DNA of 64,000 nt from Eledone cirrhosa (GCA_964016885.1 OZ024742.1:64914001-64978000), one strand, 5' to 3'; counted from the first letter of the stretch, positions 40,680-53,319 are shown. Notes: generated by a model not told the origin, from the letters alone. Numbers and translations are program-made.

Positions 40680-43620
40680 AAAAGTTGTATTGAAATCTTT
40701 GGCAGATGAAAGAAATGTCTATAGATTTCTATAATAACATTCCTTGGATTTATTACACACAATGTCATTTAAATATGAGATTTTTGGGAAATAATTTTGT
40801 TCATCATTTATTGAAAACATGTCACTGTGTTTATAAAGCCAAATGGAAGTTTAGGAGATTAGTATCGGTGTACATATAAAACTATTAGAAAAGACAATAA
40901 ATGCCGGTGTGTGTTGTGACAAGGTTTTTACTTCACAGAAGTCAAAGGGATTAATATAAATGAATCATTACCCGTGGGTCACAACTCCTGGGCTGAAGTG
41001 TGGGGAGAAGAACAGAGATCTTCTCTTGGAGGTGTTAACATCTTCTTAGGCTCTTAGGCTGCCGGTTGCATTCTTCTTGGTGGCGAAGGATTATGAGAAA
41101 GGAATCATCTCATGACAAGGTCGCAGGTATTGTTAACACTTTGGGATTCAGGAGGCGAGAGAGAGATTCTTCAAATCTTCACGGGGAATTTCTCCCTCAG
41201 GGCGCGTAGGGATACATCCTCTTCTAGTGGCGTTGATTGGCTGAGCTGAGCCAAATCACGCACAGAGAATGTATGTGAACCCGCGGAATGTAGGTCACTA
41301 CAATACTCCCCCTCTAGACGTAAGACGATACAGATTATTGAATCAGCAGGAAAAAATGCTGCTGAAAGAGCACATCAGTAAAAATTAATTGAGCAGAAGG
41401 ATGCATGCAAGAAAAAAAATGAGGCGCTAAGGGCCATGTTGAGCCGCTGTGTTAAATGACTAGCTGTTTTGTAATTTATACGTGACCACCAAAGGTCTAA
41501 CAGAAAACGGATAAAGTCTGACATGGGCGAAGTTGCTGTTCTTGCATTAAATGTTAATGGTAAGTGTTGTACCAGTAGCTGTGGATGAAGCTATAATGGT
41601 AGTTTACCAGTGCTGGCAAGAAGAGGATGGGTAGGTGAGAAAATGTCGGCCTCCCAGATGTATTGCCGAAAGTGCTAGGGAGCCAGGAAAAAATGGCTGG
41701 TTGCTTTGAAAAGAAAAAAGCAAGTTGAATCTGTAGGTGGATAGTAGTTGCAGTGTAAATTCCATAATTCCGGCGAATCCACAGAAGTGGTGGAAATGCT
41801 GACAAGTCCAGTTCTATTTGTTGTTTTCCCAGTGAGTCGGGTAAGGTAACAAGATGGAGGTTGTTATGGACGATGAGTGTGCAACGAGATGCGAAACTGT
41901 TTGAGTTCAGCTGCAATTAGCATTCTCGTGTTGCGGTGCCAGGTGAATTAAGCTCTACGAGTCGCTAGCATGTGACGGCACCTCAACCAGGTGAAAAGGG
42001 ATCTCACAGAATACTACGTTTGAAGAACATATACTAAGAACAACATGTTGGTGGGTGACAAAGAAATGTGTGCATATGCAGGCATGTAATACAGCAAAGA
42101 ATATGTGTCGGTGCAGTCATATATACAATGATAGAAAAAAATGAATTTCCATATAATAGTTTTAAAAAAATAAATGTCCAAAACAAATGCCTGAAAAAAA
42201 AAAAGGAAGAAAGAAAGAATTGTTTCTTTTCTTTTAACAAAAAGTTCGCTTTTCTTTTCCTTGAAATTTCTTTGGGATTGCTCTTACTAGGGAGCTAGTA
42301 GAGTTGTTGTTGTTAAAACAAAGTCACAATGAATCTTCTGTAGAATCGAAGTCGAGCGTTGAAGAACCTAGAGTCACCAATATGGCAGTCACGTCTGACG
42401 CCATAGTGGTGAGAAGACTGATGTCTTAATTTCTCGAGTCCTTGTGGTAACGAGACAGAAGGTATGGTGGTTGCGTCGGTAAAGTTACAAGCTGCCACAT
42501 CGCCATTCCCTGGTGTTGGTTAGTAGTTAGCCATGTGTTGCTGCTGATGGCTGGTAGTAGAGAAGTACTTGGTGGTAGCCGTTTTGAAATTTCCTTGTGG
42601 CGTAAATTTTTTTTTTTATACATACACTGCCAATTTTAATCTCATTTCAAAAGGAATATTTTGAACTGAAAATATTCATCACGTCGGGGTCACCACTTTA
42701 GGAGATTAGTATCGGTGTACATATAAAACTATTAGAAAAGACAATAAATGCCGGTGTGTGTTGTGACAAGGTTTTTACTTCACAGAAGTCAAAGGGATTA
42801 ATATAAATGAATCATTACCCGTGGATCACAACTCCTAGGCTGAAGTGTGGGGAGAAGAACAGAGATCTTCTCTTGGAGGTGTTAACATCTTCTTAGGCTC
42901 TTAGGCTGCCGGTTGCATTCTTCTTGGTGGCGAAGGATTATGAGAAAGGAATCATCTCATGACAAGGTCGCAGGTATTGTTAACACTTTGGGATTCAGGA
43001 GGCGAGAGAGAGATTCTTCAAATCTTCGCGGGGAATTTCTCCCTCAGGGCGCGTAGGGATACATCCTCTTCTAGTGGCGTTGATTGGCTGAGCTGAGCCA
43101 AATCACGCACAGAGAATGTATGTGAGCCCGCGGAATGTAGGTCACTACAGAAGTCTTGTATACAATTGTGTCAAGGCCCCAAAACCAGTGTAAGGATGGA
43201 GTTTAATCCCTGGTGGTAGATGATAATAGGTATGTTTTATATCAAACATGTTAAAATATAAACGTTGAGATATAGTATGGAGGAGTGGAGAAATGAATTA
43301 CAAAGCAACGTTTGGGATTTTTGTTTTCTGCTCCTTCAGCCTCAGCTGTCCATGGTGACTTATTGAGTTTTATGTTGTCTTCTTTGATTAAGTATCTTGG
43401 CTCTGAAACTCTAGCCAACTTTAATATTCAAGCAAAGACTGTATATGACCTTCAATGACTGCTCTATTTTTTCAGCATATCAAATATCTATTTCACCAAT
43501 TCTCATGATTCAGGAACTAAACTGGGTTGATGCCATCACAGTGTTGCTTCTGAATGGTTTAATAATTAAACTGTTTCACTTAGCAATATCAGCTCCATTA
43601 AAATTATCAGTGGTTCCACT
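40680..43620 (-). mobile_element. Gypsy pol relic interrupted by the LTR element
   Basis: 40680-40849 joined to 43154-43560 aligns by eye with 60440-61200, which translates as a Gypsy-like RT. Confidence 0.65.
40850..43149 (-). mobile_element. Non-autonomous LTR retrotransposon (Gypsy-type termini), recent
   Basis: 453-bp LTRs at 40850-41302 and 42697-43149. 4-bp TSD gaag. PBS TGGTGACCCCGACGTGAT (tRNA-Trp) at 42678-42695. PPT agagggggag next to the 3' LTR. No long internal ORF. Confidence 0.93.
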
Positions 43621-43623
43621 CAT

Positions 43624-43959
43624 TTCATTCATCATTTCATTTTACGTCCGCTTTTTCCCTGCTTGCAGGGGTGGGATGGGAACTGATTCTGGCTTGATTT
43701 CTACAGCTGGATGCCCTTCCTAACACCAACCTCATTTACAGTGAGTGCTGGGTGCTTTTTTGCCGTGGCACTTCCACAACCACTTTGCAGTGGAATGATA
43801 GGGACTCCAGTCCTATCATCTCATTTCTACAGCTGAGTAAACTGAAGCAATGTGAAATAAAGTGTCTTGCTCAAGGAAACAACACATCACCCGGTCCGAG
43901 AATTGAACTCACAACCTTTTGATTGTAAGGCCAATGCTCTAACCACTAAGCCACGTGCC
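43624..43959 (-). mobile_element. tRNA-derived SINE with RTE-derived 3' tail, copy 1
   Basis: Head tggcttagtggttagag...gagttcaattc, central ccttgagcaagacactt domain, and a tail matching the RTE 3' UTR at 49200-49460. Confidence 0.85.
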
Positions 43960-44609
43960 ACTGTCAATTTAAATTAAGTAGTTGTTAGTACCAATAATAA
44001 TTGATGCAAGAAACAAAGGATACTCTAATAAAGTTGAAAAACTTCAAGTTTAAGAAATGAATATGTCAGAAATTGATTCATTGCCTAATCTTCACACAAA
44101 AGAAAAATGGACGTTTTCTTACACCCGTAGTGTATGACATATTTTGCTAGATATTCTCTACAATCATGTCTATACTTCATAAATAAAATAAAATAAAATA
44201 AAATAAAGAACTAACACTTCTAAGAAGCAGCTGCCGAAATAGTTCCCTACTTGGTATCCTCTTTTTTAACACTGTTTATGAAGATACAATACTGTTTATG
44301 AAGTAATGCATTCATAATTGTGCATTCCTTTGAGCTTTGAGCTAAAGTCTAAAAGTCTGGATCTTTCCAAGTCCATTGTTTTCTTTTTGAGAAGTCAGAG
44401 TCTTAAACTTGTCAAAATCATTTCAGAAATAAAAGATGTCGTTATTGATTGTTTTTTTTTCTTTTCTTTGTATACTCTTCTGAGGACAGTATCTTGAAGT
44501 TATATCCTTTAGCCAGGAATTTTAAGACTTGAAGAAATTGATCTTGTGCTTATGTTGGCTGTCACTTGTGTGTTATGAGTTTATGTCTTGCAAAAATTTC
44601 ATACACTGA

Positions 44610-44950
44610 TCATCATCATTATCATTTCATTTTACGTCCGCTTTTCCCTGCTTGCAAGGGTGGGACGGGAACTGATACTGGCTTGATTTCTACAGCTGGA
44701 TGCCCTTCCTAACATCAACCTCATTTACAGTGAGTGCTGGGTGCTTTTTTGCCGTGGCACCTCCACGACCACTTTGCAGTGGAATGATAGGGACCCCTGT
44801 CCCTATCATCTCATTTCTACAGCTGAGTAAACTGGAGCAATTTGAAATAAAGTCTCTTGCTCAAGGAAACAACACATCACCCGGTCCGAGAATTAAACTC
44901 ACAACCTTTCGATTGCAAGGCCAATGCTCTAACCATTAAGCCATATGCCT
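44610..44950 (-). mobile_element. tRNA-derived SINE with RTE-derived 3' tail, copy 2
   Basis: Near identical to 43624-43959. Confidence 0.85.
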
Positions 44951-45356
44951 GATATATATATATATACATATATATATGTATATATGAATGAAACCCTAGT
45001 ACTGGTCCATGAGAAATGAGAAAATGCACCAAGCACACTCTGTTAGGTGGTTGGTGTTTGAAAGAGCATAGCATACAACTTTAGAAATCATCCTAAAATT
45101 GGAACATATGGGCTAGTGTGGTTTCTCCAATCCATATAGAAGGGCAGTAACACCAAATAAGAACTGATCTGGAACATAATAACCAGTTCAGTCCAAACCA
45201 GTGTTTTATTGATGACCATCATCTATTGACTCAGTCCCTACCTCACCACTACCACATCAAACTTATGTCATATACCATAACTGTAATGTTCAATAATAGT
45301 ATAACATAAATGTTTATATGTAATATATAGTGATATAATGTTTTTATATGTTCTGT

Positions 45357-45685
45357 CTTTGTGGTTATGGTATTAGGCTCACAATTGTAAGGTCGAGGGT
45401 TCAATTCCCAGCAGCGCATTGTGTCCTTGATCAAGACAACTATATTTCACATTGCTCAAGTTCACTCAGTGGGCAAAAATGAGTTGTACCTCTGACAAGG
45501 CTGGCCCATTGAATTATTCGATGGGCCAGCCTTGTCAAATTCTGTGTCACACTGAATCTCCCTGAGAACTACGTTAAGAGTAGATGTGTCTGTGGAATTC
45601 TCAGTCACTTCCACGTTAATTTCATGAGCAGGCTGTTCCATTAATCAGATCAACTGGAACATTTGTCGTCGTAACTGACAGAGTA
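45357..45685 (+). mobile_element. tRNA-derived SINE, same central domain but different tail
   Basis: gtggttatggtattaggctcacaatt...gggttcaattccc...gtccttgatcaagac...ctgaatctccctgagaactacgttaag. Confidence 0.7.
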
Positions 45686-45865
45686 ATTTTATTACTACCT
45701 ATTATGTTCAATGTATAGTGTATATCTTTCCAATATTGCACATATATATATATCACCTTGACCGACCAGCCTGTCGGAAGCCATTCGGCGCCACTGGTCA
45801 CAGCACGTGCTGTTTTAGTCATACGATGATGCCTTCCCACTGGCTGGGCGGGCAGGCCAGTATAT

Positions 45866-46209
45866 ATCATCATCATCATCATCATTGTTTTACGTCCACT
45901 TTTCCCTGCTTGCAAGGGTAGGATGGGAACTGATTCTGGCTTGATTTCTACAGCTGGATGCCCTTCCTAACACCAACCTCATTTACAGTGAGTGCTGGGT
46001 GCTTTTTTGCCGTGGCACCTCCACGACCACTTTGCAGTGGAATGATTGGGACCCCACTCCCTATCATCTCATTTCTACAGCTGAGTAAACTGGAACAATG
46101 TGAAATAAAGTGTCTTGCTCAAGGAAACAACACATCACCTGGTCTGAGAATTGAACTCACAACCTTTCGATTGCAAGGCCAATGCTCTAACCACTAAGCC
46201 ATGTGCCTC
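45866..46209 (-). mobile_element. tRNA-derived SINE with RTE-derived 3' tail, copy 3
   Basis: Near identical to 43624-43959. Confidence 0.85.
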
Positions 46210-46680
46210 CATATATATATACAATATATACTCCAACCATTGTTTAAGTTGGACAGTCATCATCATCAACATCATCACTGTTTTATGTCCATGTTCAATG
46301 CTGGTATGGGTTGGATGGGATGTTTTGAGACAATGTTTCTCAGCTGAATGCCTTTCTTGACACCAACCCTTATAGCTGCCTCTTACATGTAGGAATATGC
46401 TGTACCCAACTAACAAAATTACTCCTTATTGTCTACTACTATCATTACAACACAACTCTCCCTTTTATGTATATCTTCTCTCTAAATAATCCCCACTATA
46501 CTGAATACTCTGCTCTCAATTACATGGGGATCTCAACCCTCTTATCTCATCACCCTGTCTTCGATTTGTGTCTCAACCCCCACCGCTACCCATATCCCTG
46601 CCAATATATTATATAAAAAATAATAAATAATAATACACACAAAGGCATCAGCAAATCTTGTAATTTTCAGGTTTTGTGTA

Positions 46681-49008
46681 TTGAAAGATACAAACTTTAA
46701 AAAACCCGACAACCACCTGATCACCTATAGATCAGGGGAGCACTCTAGTCAGTTAGATTTTATCCTCATCAGAGGACGTGACAGATGGACGGTCGTAAAC
46801 ACAAAAGGCTTCCCTAGTGAGGAATGTACATCCCAACATAGCTTAGTTGTCAGCGACCTCACGGTCAGAACTAGACGAACCCGGAAACAGAGGCCAACCT
46901 GGAGAAGAAAGATCTGGAAGCTGAAAGTCCCCTCAACCAGTAACAGATTTAAAGATATTTTACTCAACGCCTACGACAGTAAAGAAGAACAGATAGAGAC
47001 ATTTAACGTAGAAGAGAACTGGGAGTTCCTAAAAAATAACTTACTAGAGGCGACGGATGAGGTTTGTGGCTGGAGTAAGACCTCAAGCAGGAGGAGAGTG
47101 ACTTGGTGGTGGAACAATAAGGTAAATGAAGCAGTCAAGGCCAAGAGACAGGCATGGAAAGAATGGAAGAACGGGGGGAGCAGGGTACATTACATAGAGA
47201 CCAAGAGGGAAGCTAGGCGACAAGTATACTTAGCTAGGAGGGAAGCAGAGGATAGAAAATTCAAGCATGTTTTACAACGTGAGGACCAGAAACAGGAGGT
47301 ATTCAAGATTGCGAGGCAGTGTGTCAGAGATAGTTGTGATGTCATTGGAGAGAAGTGTATTTGGAATGATAAAGGTGAGCTTGCCCTCACAAGTGCTGAG
47401 AAGAAAGATGCATGGAAGAGTCATTATGATAGATTACTAAATGAGGAGAATGCATGGGAAGAAGAGACCCTACCCCAAGTAGACCCTATAGAGGGACCAG
47501 CAGTACAAGTCAGCGGCAGCGTAGTAAGTAAGGCAATCAAAGATATGAAGATGGGGAAGGCAATCGGTCCATCGGGTATAGCTGCTGAGATGCTGAAGGC
47601 ATCTGGGTCTGTAGGTCACACTATAACCACACGTATCGTTAACCAGGTAATACTAGAAGGGGCCATACCAAAAGATTGGTGCAGTAGCATCATTGTCAAC
47701 TGCTACAAAGGTAAAGGCGATGCACTAGATAGAGGAAACTATAGAGGTATAAAGTTGATGGACCAGGTCATGAAAGTAACAGAAAGAGTTATAGCACAGC
47801 TGATTAGGGACCGGGTGAAAATAGACGAGATGCAATTTGGGTTTGTACCAAGAAGAGGCACCACTGATGCCCTCTTCCTTGTGAGGCAATTACAGGAAAA
47901 GTACCTAGCTAAAAGTAAGCCACTCTACTTGGCATTTGTCGACCTTGAGAAAGCCTTTGACAGAGTTCCACGTGCTGTAATCTGGTGGGCTCTTAGAAAA
48001 CTAGGAGTAGATGAATGGCTTGTGAAAGCGGTACAAGCCATGTATAGGGGAGCAGTCAGCAAAGTTAGGATTAGCAATGAGTATAGCGAGGAATTTAGCG
48101 TACAGGTTGGGGTCCACCAGGGCTCTGTTCTTAGCCCTCTCCTGTTCATCATAGTCCTGCAGGCAATAACGGAGGAGTTTAAGACCGGATGCCCATGGGA
48201 ACTCCTGTATGCTGATGACCTCGCACTCATAGCTGAATCTATGGTAGAACTAGAGAATAAATTCCAAACCTGGAAGCAGGGACTAGAAAGAAAGGGTCTC
48301 AAAGTCAACATGACAAAGACTAAGGTCCTTGTAAGTAGACGAGAAAACAGAACCCAGATCCCCTCAGGGAAATGGCCTTGCTCAGTATGTAGGAAAGGTG
48401 TAGGTAGGAACTCCATTCTCTGCGCCAAATGCAAACAATGGGTACACAAGAGATGTAGCGGGATCTCAGGAAGCTTAATTAAGAATGTAGGATTCACATG
48501 CAGCAGCTGTGCTGAGACAGCAAACAGCAAACAGCCACAGGAAACAAGTACCACCAATCTCTGGGAGGGCCCTGTAGAAACAGTAGACAGCTTCTGCTAC
48601 CTAGGTGACCGAATTAGCAACGGAGGTGGGTGTTCAGAAAGTGCAATAACTAGGGTAAGAACGGGATGGAAGAAGTTTAGGGAACTACTACCACTGCTAG
48701 CTGCAAAAGGCTTCTCCCTCAGAATGAAAGGCAGACTGTATGATGCGTGTATCCGAACAGCGATGTTGCATGGTAGTGAGACCTGGGCGCTGAAGGTGGA
48801 AGACTTACGTAGATTAGAGAGAAACGAAGCCTGCATGCTCCGATGGATGTGTAACAATAATATACGTGAACGACAAAGCATAAATGAATTGAGAGAGAGA
48901 CTGAGCATAAGAGGAATCAAATGCTGTGTGCAGGAGAGGCGGTTGCGCTGGTATGGACATGTGATGCGTATGAAGGATGACAGCTGCATAAAAAGTGCAG
49001 AGCACTAG
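46681..49008 (+). CDS. RTE ORF of a 5'-truncated copy: APE C-terminus, reverse transcriptase, PHD-type finger
   Basis: 775 uninterrupted codons with SQLDFIL...QHSLVV, MQFGF, AFVDLEKAFDRV, GVHQGSVLSP, YADD and C4HC3. A 1-nt deficit in the A-run at 48990-48994 shifts the frame; the natural stop would be at 49170-49172. Confidence 0.92.
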   Translation: MKDTNFKKPDNHLITYRSGEHSSQLDFILIRGRDRWTVVNTKGFPSEECTSQHSLVVSDLTVRTRRTRKQRPTWRRKIWKLKVPSTSNRFKDILLNAYDSKEEQIETFNVEENWEFLKNNLLEATDEVCGWSKTSSRRRVTWWWNNKVNEAVKAKRQAWKEWKNGGSRVHYIETKREARRQVYLARREAEDRKFKHVLQREDQKQEVFKIARQCVRDSCDVIGEKCIWNDKGELALTSAEKKDAWKSHYDRLLNEENAWEEETLPQVDPIEGPAVQVSGSVVSKAIKDMKMGKAIGPSGIAAEMLKASGSVGHTITTRIVNQVILEGAIPKDWCSSIIVNCYKGKGDALDRGNYRGIKLMDQVMKVTERVIAQLIRDRVKIDEMQFGFVPRRGTTDALFLVRQLQEKYLAKSKPLYLAFVDLEKAFDRVPRAVIWWALRKLGVDEWLVKAVQAMYRGAVSKVRISNEYSEEFSVQVGVHQGSVLSPLLFIIVLQAITEEFKTGCPWELLYADDLALIAESMVELENKFQTWKQGLERKGLKVNMTKTKVLVSRRENRTQIPSGKWPCSVCRKGVGRNSILCAKCKQWVHKRCSGISGSLIKNVGFTCSSCAETANSKQPQETSTTNLWEGPVETVDSFCYLGDRISNGGGCSESAITRVRTGWKKFRELLPLLAAKGFSLRMKGRLYDACIRTAMLHGSETWALKVEDLRRLERNEACMLRWMCNNNIRERQSINELRERLSIRGIKCCVQERRLRWYGHVMRMKDDSCIKSAEH

Positions 49009-49455
49009 AAGTTGATGGAAACCGCGGAGTGGGGAGACCCAAGATGACCTGGGATGAGGTGATAAAAGCCGACCTTACCCAATTACACCTCTCAAAGGCG
49101 ATGACACACGACCGTGACCTCTGGCGTCATGCAGTAATACAGAGTACCCGACCTCCCATGGGTACAAGCTGAAGCATATAGACAATATGCCACCACACCC
49201 CCCACCGCAAGGTGGTCGTGGAGGTGCCACGGCAAAAAAGCACCCAGCCCACACTGTAAAGTGGACATGTAGGCGCCACGAAAAAGCACCCAGCACTCAC
49301 TGTAAATGAGGTTGGTGTTAGGAAGGGCATCCAGCTGTAGAAATCAAGCCAAATCAGTTCCTGTATGAGCAAGGCATGGTCAGCCGACCAGACACTGCCC
49401 ACAACAGGACAACCCGTCTAACCCATGCTAGCGTGGAAGAACGGACGTAAAACGG

Positions 49456-49485
<30 letters not shown>
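46688..49485 (+). mobile_element. Young 5'-truncated RTE LINE
   Basis: Nearly intact ORF, 3' UTR and a long (GAT)n tail at 49455-49485. Confidence 0.95.
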
Positions 49486-49486
<1 letters not shown>

Positions 49487-49745
49487 TAGTGTAACCCGCT
49501 CTCTCTCCTTCACTCTTGACTGTGAGAATAGGAGGAGTAGATAGTACTTTCTCTTTCTTTCTCTTTAGACCATATACATTTACATACATAGACAATACTA
49601 AACATATACACACATGTTTAGTATTGTTGGTTATGAGAATGAGTACTCAATACCAATAATATATTCTTGTCTGATGGCCCTATGAGTACATAAGAGAAAC
49701 TCCAGAGTAACAAGACTCAAACATGGTTTTAATAATATATATATG

Positions 49746-50101
49746 TATACAGAAGACCCGACTTCCCACGGGTACAAGACAAAGCTGAAGCATATAGACA
49801 TTATCCCCCCCCCCCCACACACACACACTGCAAAGTGGTCATGGAGGTGCCACGGCAAAAAAGCACCCAGCCCACACTGTAAAGTAGATGTGTAGGTGCC
49901 ACGCAAAAAAAAGCACCCAGCACTCACTGTAAATGAGGTTGGTGTTAGGAAGGGCATCCAGCTGTAGAAATCAAGCCAAAATCAGTTCCAGTATGAGCAA
50001 GACAAGGTCAGCCGACCGGACACTGCCCACAACAGGACAACCCGTCTAACCCATGCTAGCGTGGAAGAACGGACGTAAAACGGTGATGATGATGATGATG
50101 A
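49746..50101 (+). mobile_element. Short RTE 3'-end copy
   Basis: Near identical to 49138-49480, with a (GAT)n tail. Confidence 0.9.
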
Positions 50102-50818
50102 TTGTGTTTAGATGAATTGATAATACAACCATATAAAGGCAAAGAACATTTCAAAGCGCAAATGTGATTTTATAGTCCATAGCAATATAGCAGGAATGAA
50201 TGTTGATCAGAACGTTTGTCAATCAATTAAATGATTTAATTTAATTTAATCCTGGTTATTATTTATTTATTCACACACACACACATACATATATACATAT
50301 CATCATCATCATTTAAAATCTGTTTCCCCTGCAAGCAAGAGTTAGGCAGGTCACCATAGACCGAGTCAGTGCTCAAGCTGAGCTACAGACGTCCCAGACA
50401 GGCTGTGAGGTCCACATCTCACTTACATATGGTCCCATGTTCTACTGAGCACATTTTATCATGAAACCACCACTAGAGAGATTCTTTAACACAACTAAAG
50501 GGCTCTCGTAATACTTTTCGTATGGTTTCTACAGTGGAGTACCCTTCCTGTTGCCAACCATCCTATAGGCTGTACAGGGTGCATTTTTATGACATCAACA
50601 CTAGAGAGGTTGTTGATTATTGTCCCAGCTGAAGAGCCCTCACATCTCTACAGAAGTGGGGGGAGGAGAAGGAAGATAAGTATGGTGTTATGGGTGTAAG
50701 TCAAGTATGGTGGGATTTGACAGGGTGATGAGTATGAGGGAAAGAGTGACCTTTGATAGCATAAAGTGGATGTAGTGATGGTGAGAATACCTAAGCAGTT
50801 ATAGTGGTAAAGGTGTGG

Positions 50819-50850
<32 letters not shown>

Positions 50851-51619
50851 ATTAGTGCCAGCATGTTATCTCAGAGATACTGTATGGAAGATAACAGCTG
50901 TATAAAGAAATGTGCAGAAATCTAAGTGGATGGGATTTGTAGATGAGGTAGTGAAGACTGTTGCAGAAAGCTGAACCACATAATGGAAATGACAAAGGGC
51001 CATGGGGATTAATGACATGCTCTACTGGAGAAAATTTGCCTACCAGCATAAAATGAGACCTGATCTATGTGTATGCACCTTACTCCACTCATAGTAACTA
51101 TCTTCATCCTCACAGTACACCCAACCCACCTCTAGTGTTGGTGTCATGAAAAATGTACTCATTAAACCCTGTAAGGGGGTTGGTGATAGGAAGGATTTCC
51201 AGCTGTAAAAGCCATGCCAAGAAAGTGTCACGAGGACTTTGCAGTTGTGTCAAGGACATGGCAATCTCCTTAGTATTGGTGATCTATATGATAAATGCAT
51301 TGAGTACACTTTGTAAAGTGGTTGGTGATATGCAGGACATCCAGCTGTAGAAACCCTGCTAAATAAAGGGTCAGGAGGACTATTCAGATATGTCAGACAT
51401 GACAACCTCCTTAGTGCTGGTGTCATGATAAAATGCACCCAATGCATTCTGTATAGTGTAGGAACATATGTATGTGAGAAGCAAGCCCCTGGTCTGAGAG
51501 GACAGTAGCTCCAATTAAGTATTGTCTTGGCCTGTGATGACCTGTCCAACCCTTGCTAGCTTGGAAAATGGTCATTAAATAAGAATGATGATATACAATT
51601 TCTATTTCAGGTACTGGAA

Positions 51620-52955
51620 GGTAACAGTTTATTTTTGCAGACTGAAAGGTAAATCTGTGGAAATCTAGGAGATGCTTGAGAGGAGACACATGAATGTGTT
51701 CTGTGTTCAAGAGCCTCAGTCAGCTCCTCACAGCCAGACAGTATAGCTATAAGCTCTAGGTGGAGAAATCCCTTTACTAGTTGAGAGGGAGACAGATAAT
51801 GTAATTGAGGTAATTATCTTTACTTATATCCCACAGTTAGGACTATTTAAAGAACAACAGGACCATTTCTATGTGGACCTCTTAAAGACAACTTCAGTAA
51901 TAGATGACAGCGACTTCATTATCCTGGTTGGTGACTTCCATTGATATGTTGAGCAGCATCAGACTGCCTACATTGGTGGTTATGGATATAGTTTGAGAAA
52001 TGTAGAGGGATCAAACCTCCCAGAATTTGGTTATACAATTCACCTATTTGCAACACTAATCTCAGGAAACTAGCTAGCCACTCGATCACCTACTGATCAG
52101 GTGAACAAGCAAGCCAGATTGACTACTTGCCTATAGAAAATGGGATAGATAGCTGGTAATGAACATTAAGTCTTTTCCTAGAGAAGAATGCTCTCCCCAA
52201 GTTAGTTACTAGTTACAGCAAATATCTCTGATGGTCCCACAGCTTTACAATTCTTCATCTCTTTGATGGTGTCTTTGACCCTATAACTGTCAATTTCAAT
52301 AATTGGTCCCTCTGTTGAGTAAGTTGTCTCTCTTCCTTTCATTCATTCTCTACATTCATCAGCCTCTCATTTCCAGGACTCTTTCTTTTGAACATCAGAG
52401 ATGCTAAGTGCATCAGTGTCATTTCTAATACACTTTTCCCCAACAGCATCCTGATTCACACTGACATACTGCCTTGCAATGCGGAACACTTCATATCTCT
52501 GATCCTCACGTTGCAAGACATTGGCAAACTTTCTTTCTTCAGCCTCTTTCTGAGGTATGTATACCTGCTGTGTAGCTTCTCTTTTAGCTACCTGGTACTG
52601 GTCTTTGCTACCCCCAGTCAGTCCACAACTTTCTCTTGGCTTTAATGTCTATTCACCGGGTCACACCCTGTTCACCAGGTCACACTCTGTTTGGCTGGTG
52701 TTTTTCTACAGCCACTAGTCTCATCAGTTGTTAGCAATAGGTTATCACATAAGAATTTCCAATTGTCCTCTATGTCATATGTATCTAACTCATCTCCCCT
52801 CTTATCAAATGCATCCAATAGGGCCTTTCTAAACCTATATTTAACAGAAAGGTCTCTTAGCTTCCAAACCACAATATTTTCCTGCGTATTTTGTTCCATC
52901 TTGTATTTATCCTAAAGTCACTAATAACTAATTTGTGTTGGGCGGAACATTCTTC
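51620..52955. mobile_element. Old RTE fragments: APE part on + (to ~52213), linker part on - (52214-52955)
   Basis: + strand: ILVGDF, ICNTNLRK, SQIDYL, FPREECSPQ. - strand: ECSAQHKLVISDF...KQSVTW...KAVGPSEI. Confidence 0.75.
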
Positions 52956-53319
52956 CCCCCCATTTTCACACTTGGTAGTAAATTAATGGTCGCTTTTAGT
53001 TTTGTCCCTACTCTTTTTTTATCTCTTGCTCTAGTTGCATGTTTAGGTGCGTTATATTTGTAAGGTTCATAGGAATAGTTAATTGCTATGGATTATGTGT
53101 TTATATTTTCGTTCTGAAAAAATTGTGAACAATTTATAATGTTATTTATACAACAGTAACAAGTCTGTAAAAGTTCCTCATAAAACTTATCGACCTGTCC
53201 TTTTGTTCTTTACTCAGTCCTGTCTGTATTGTATAGGTAGATGCAATTATCATTATTCTATTTCCTACAGAGACTGGAAAAAATAATTACTGGATAAATC
53301 TAAGTATTTCCGAATTCGT

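Noticed and set aside
42678-42695. tRNA-Trp gene
   Set aside because: Only the 18-nt 3' end including CCA is present, next to an LTR, so it is a primer-binding site.
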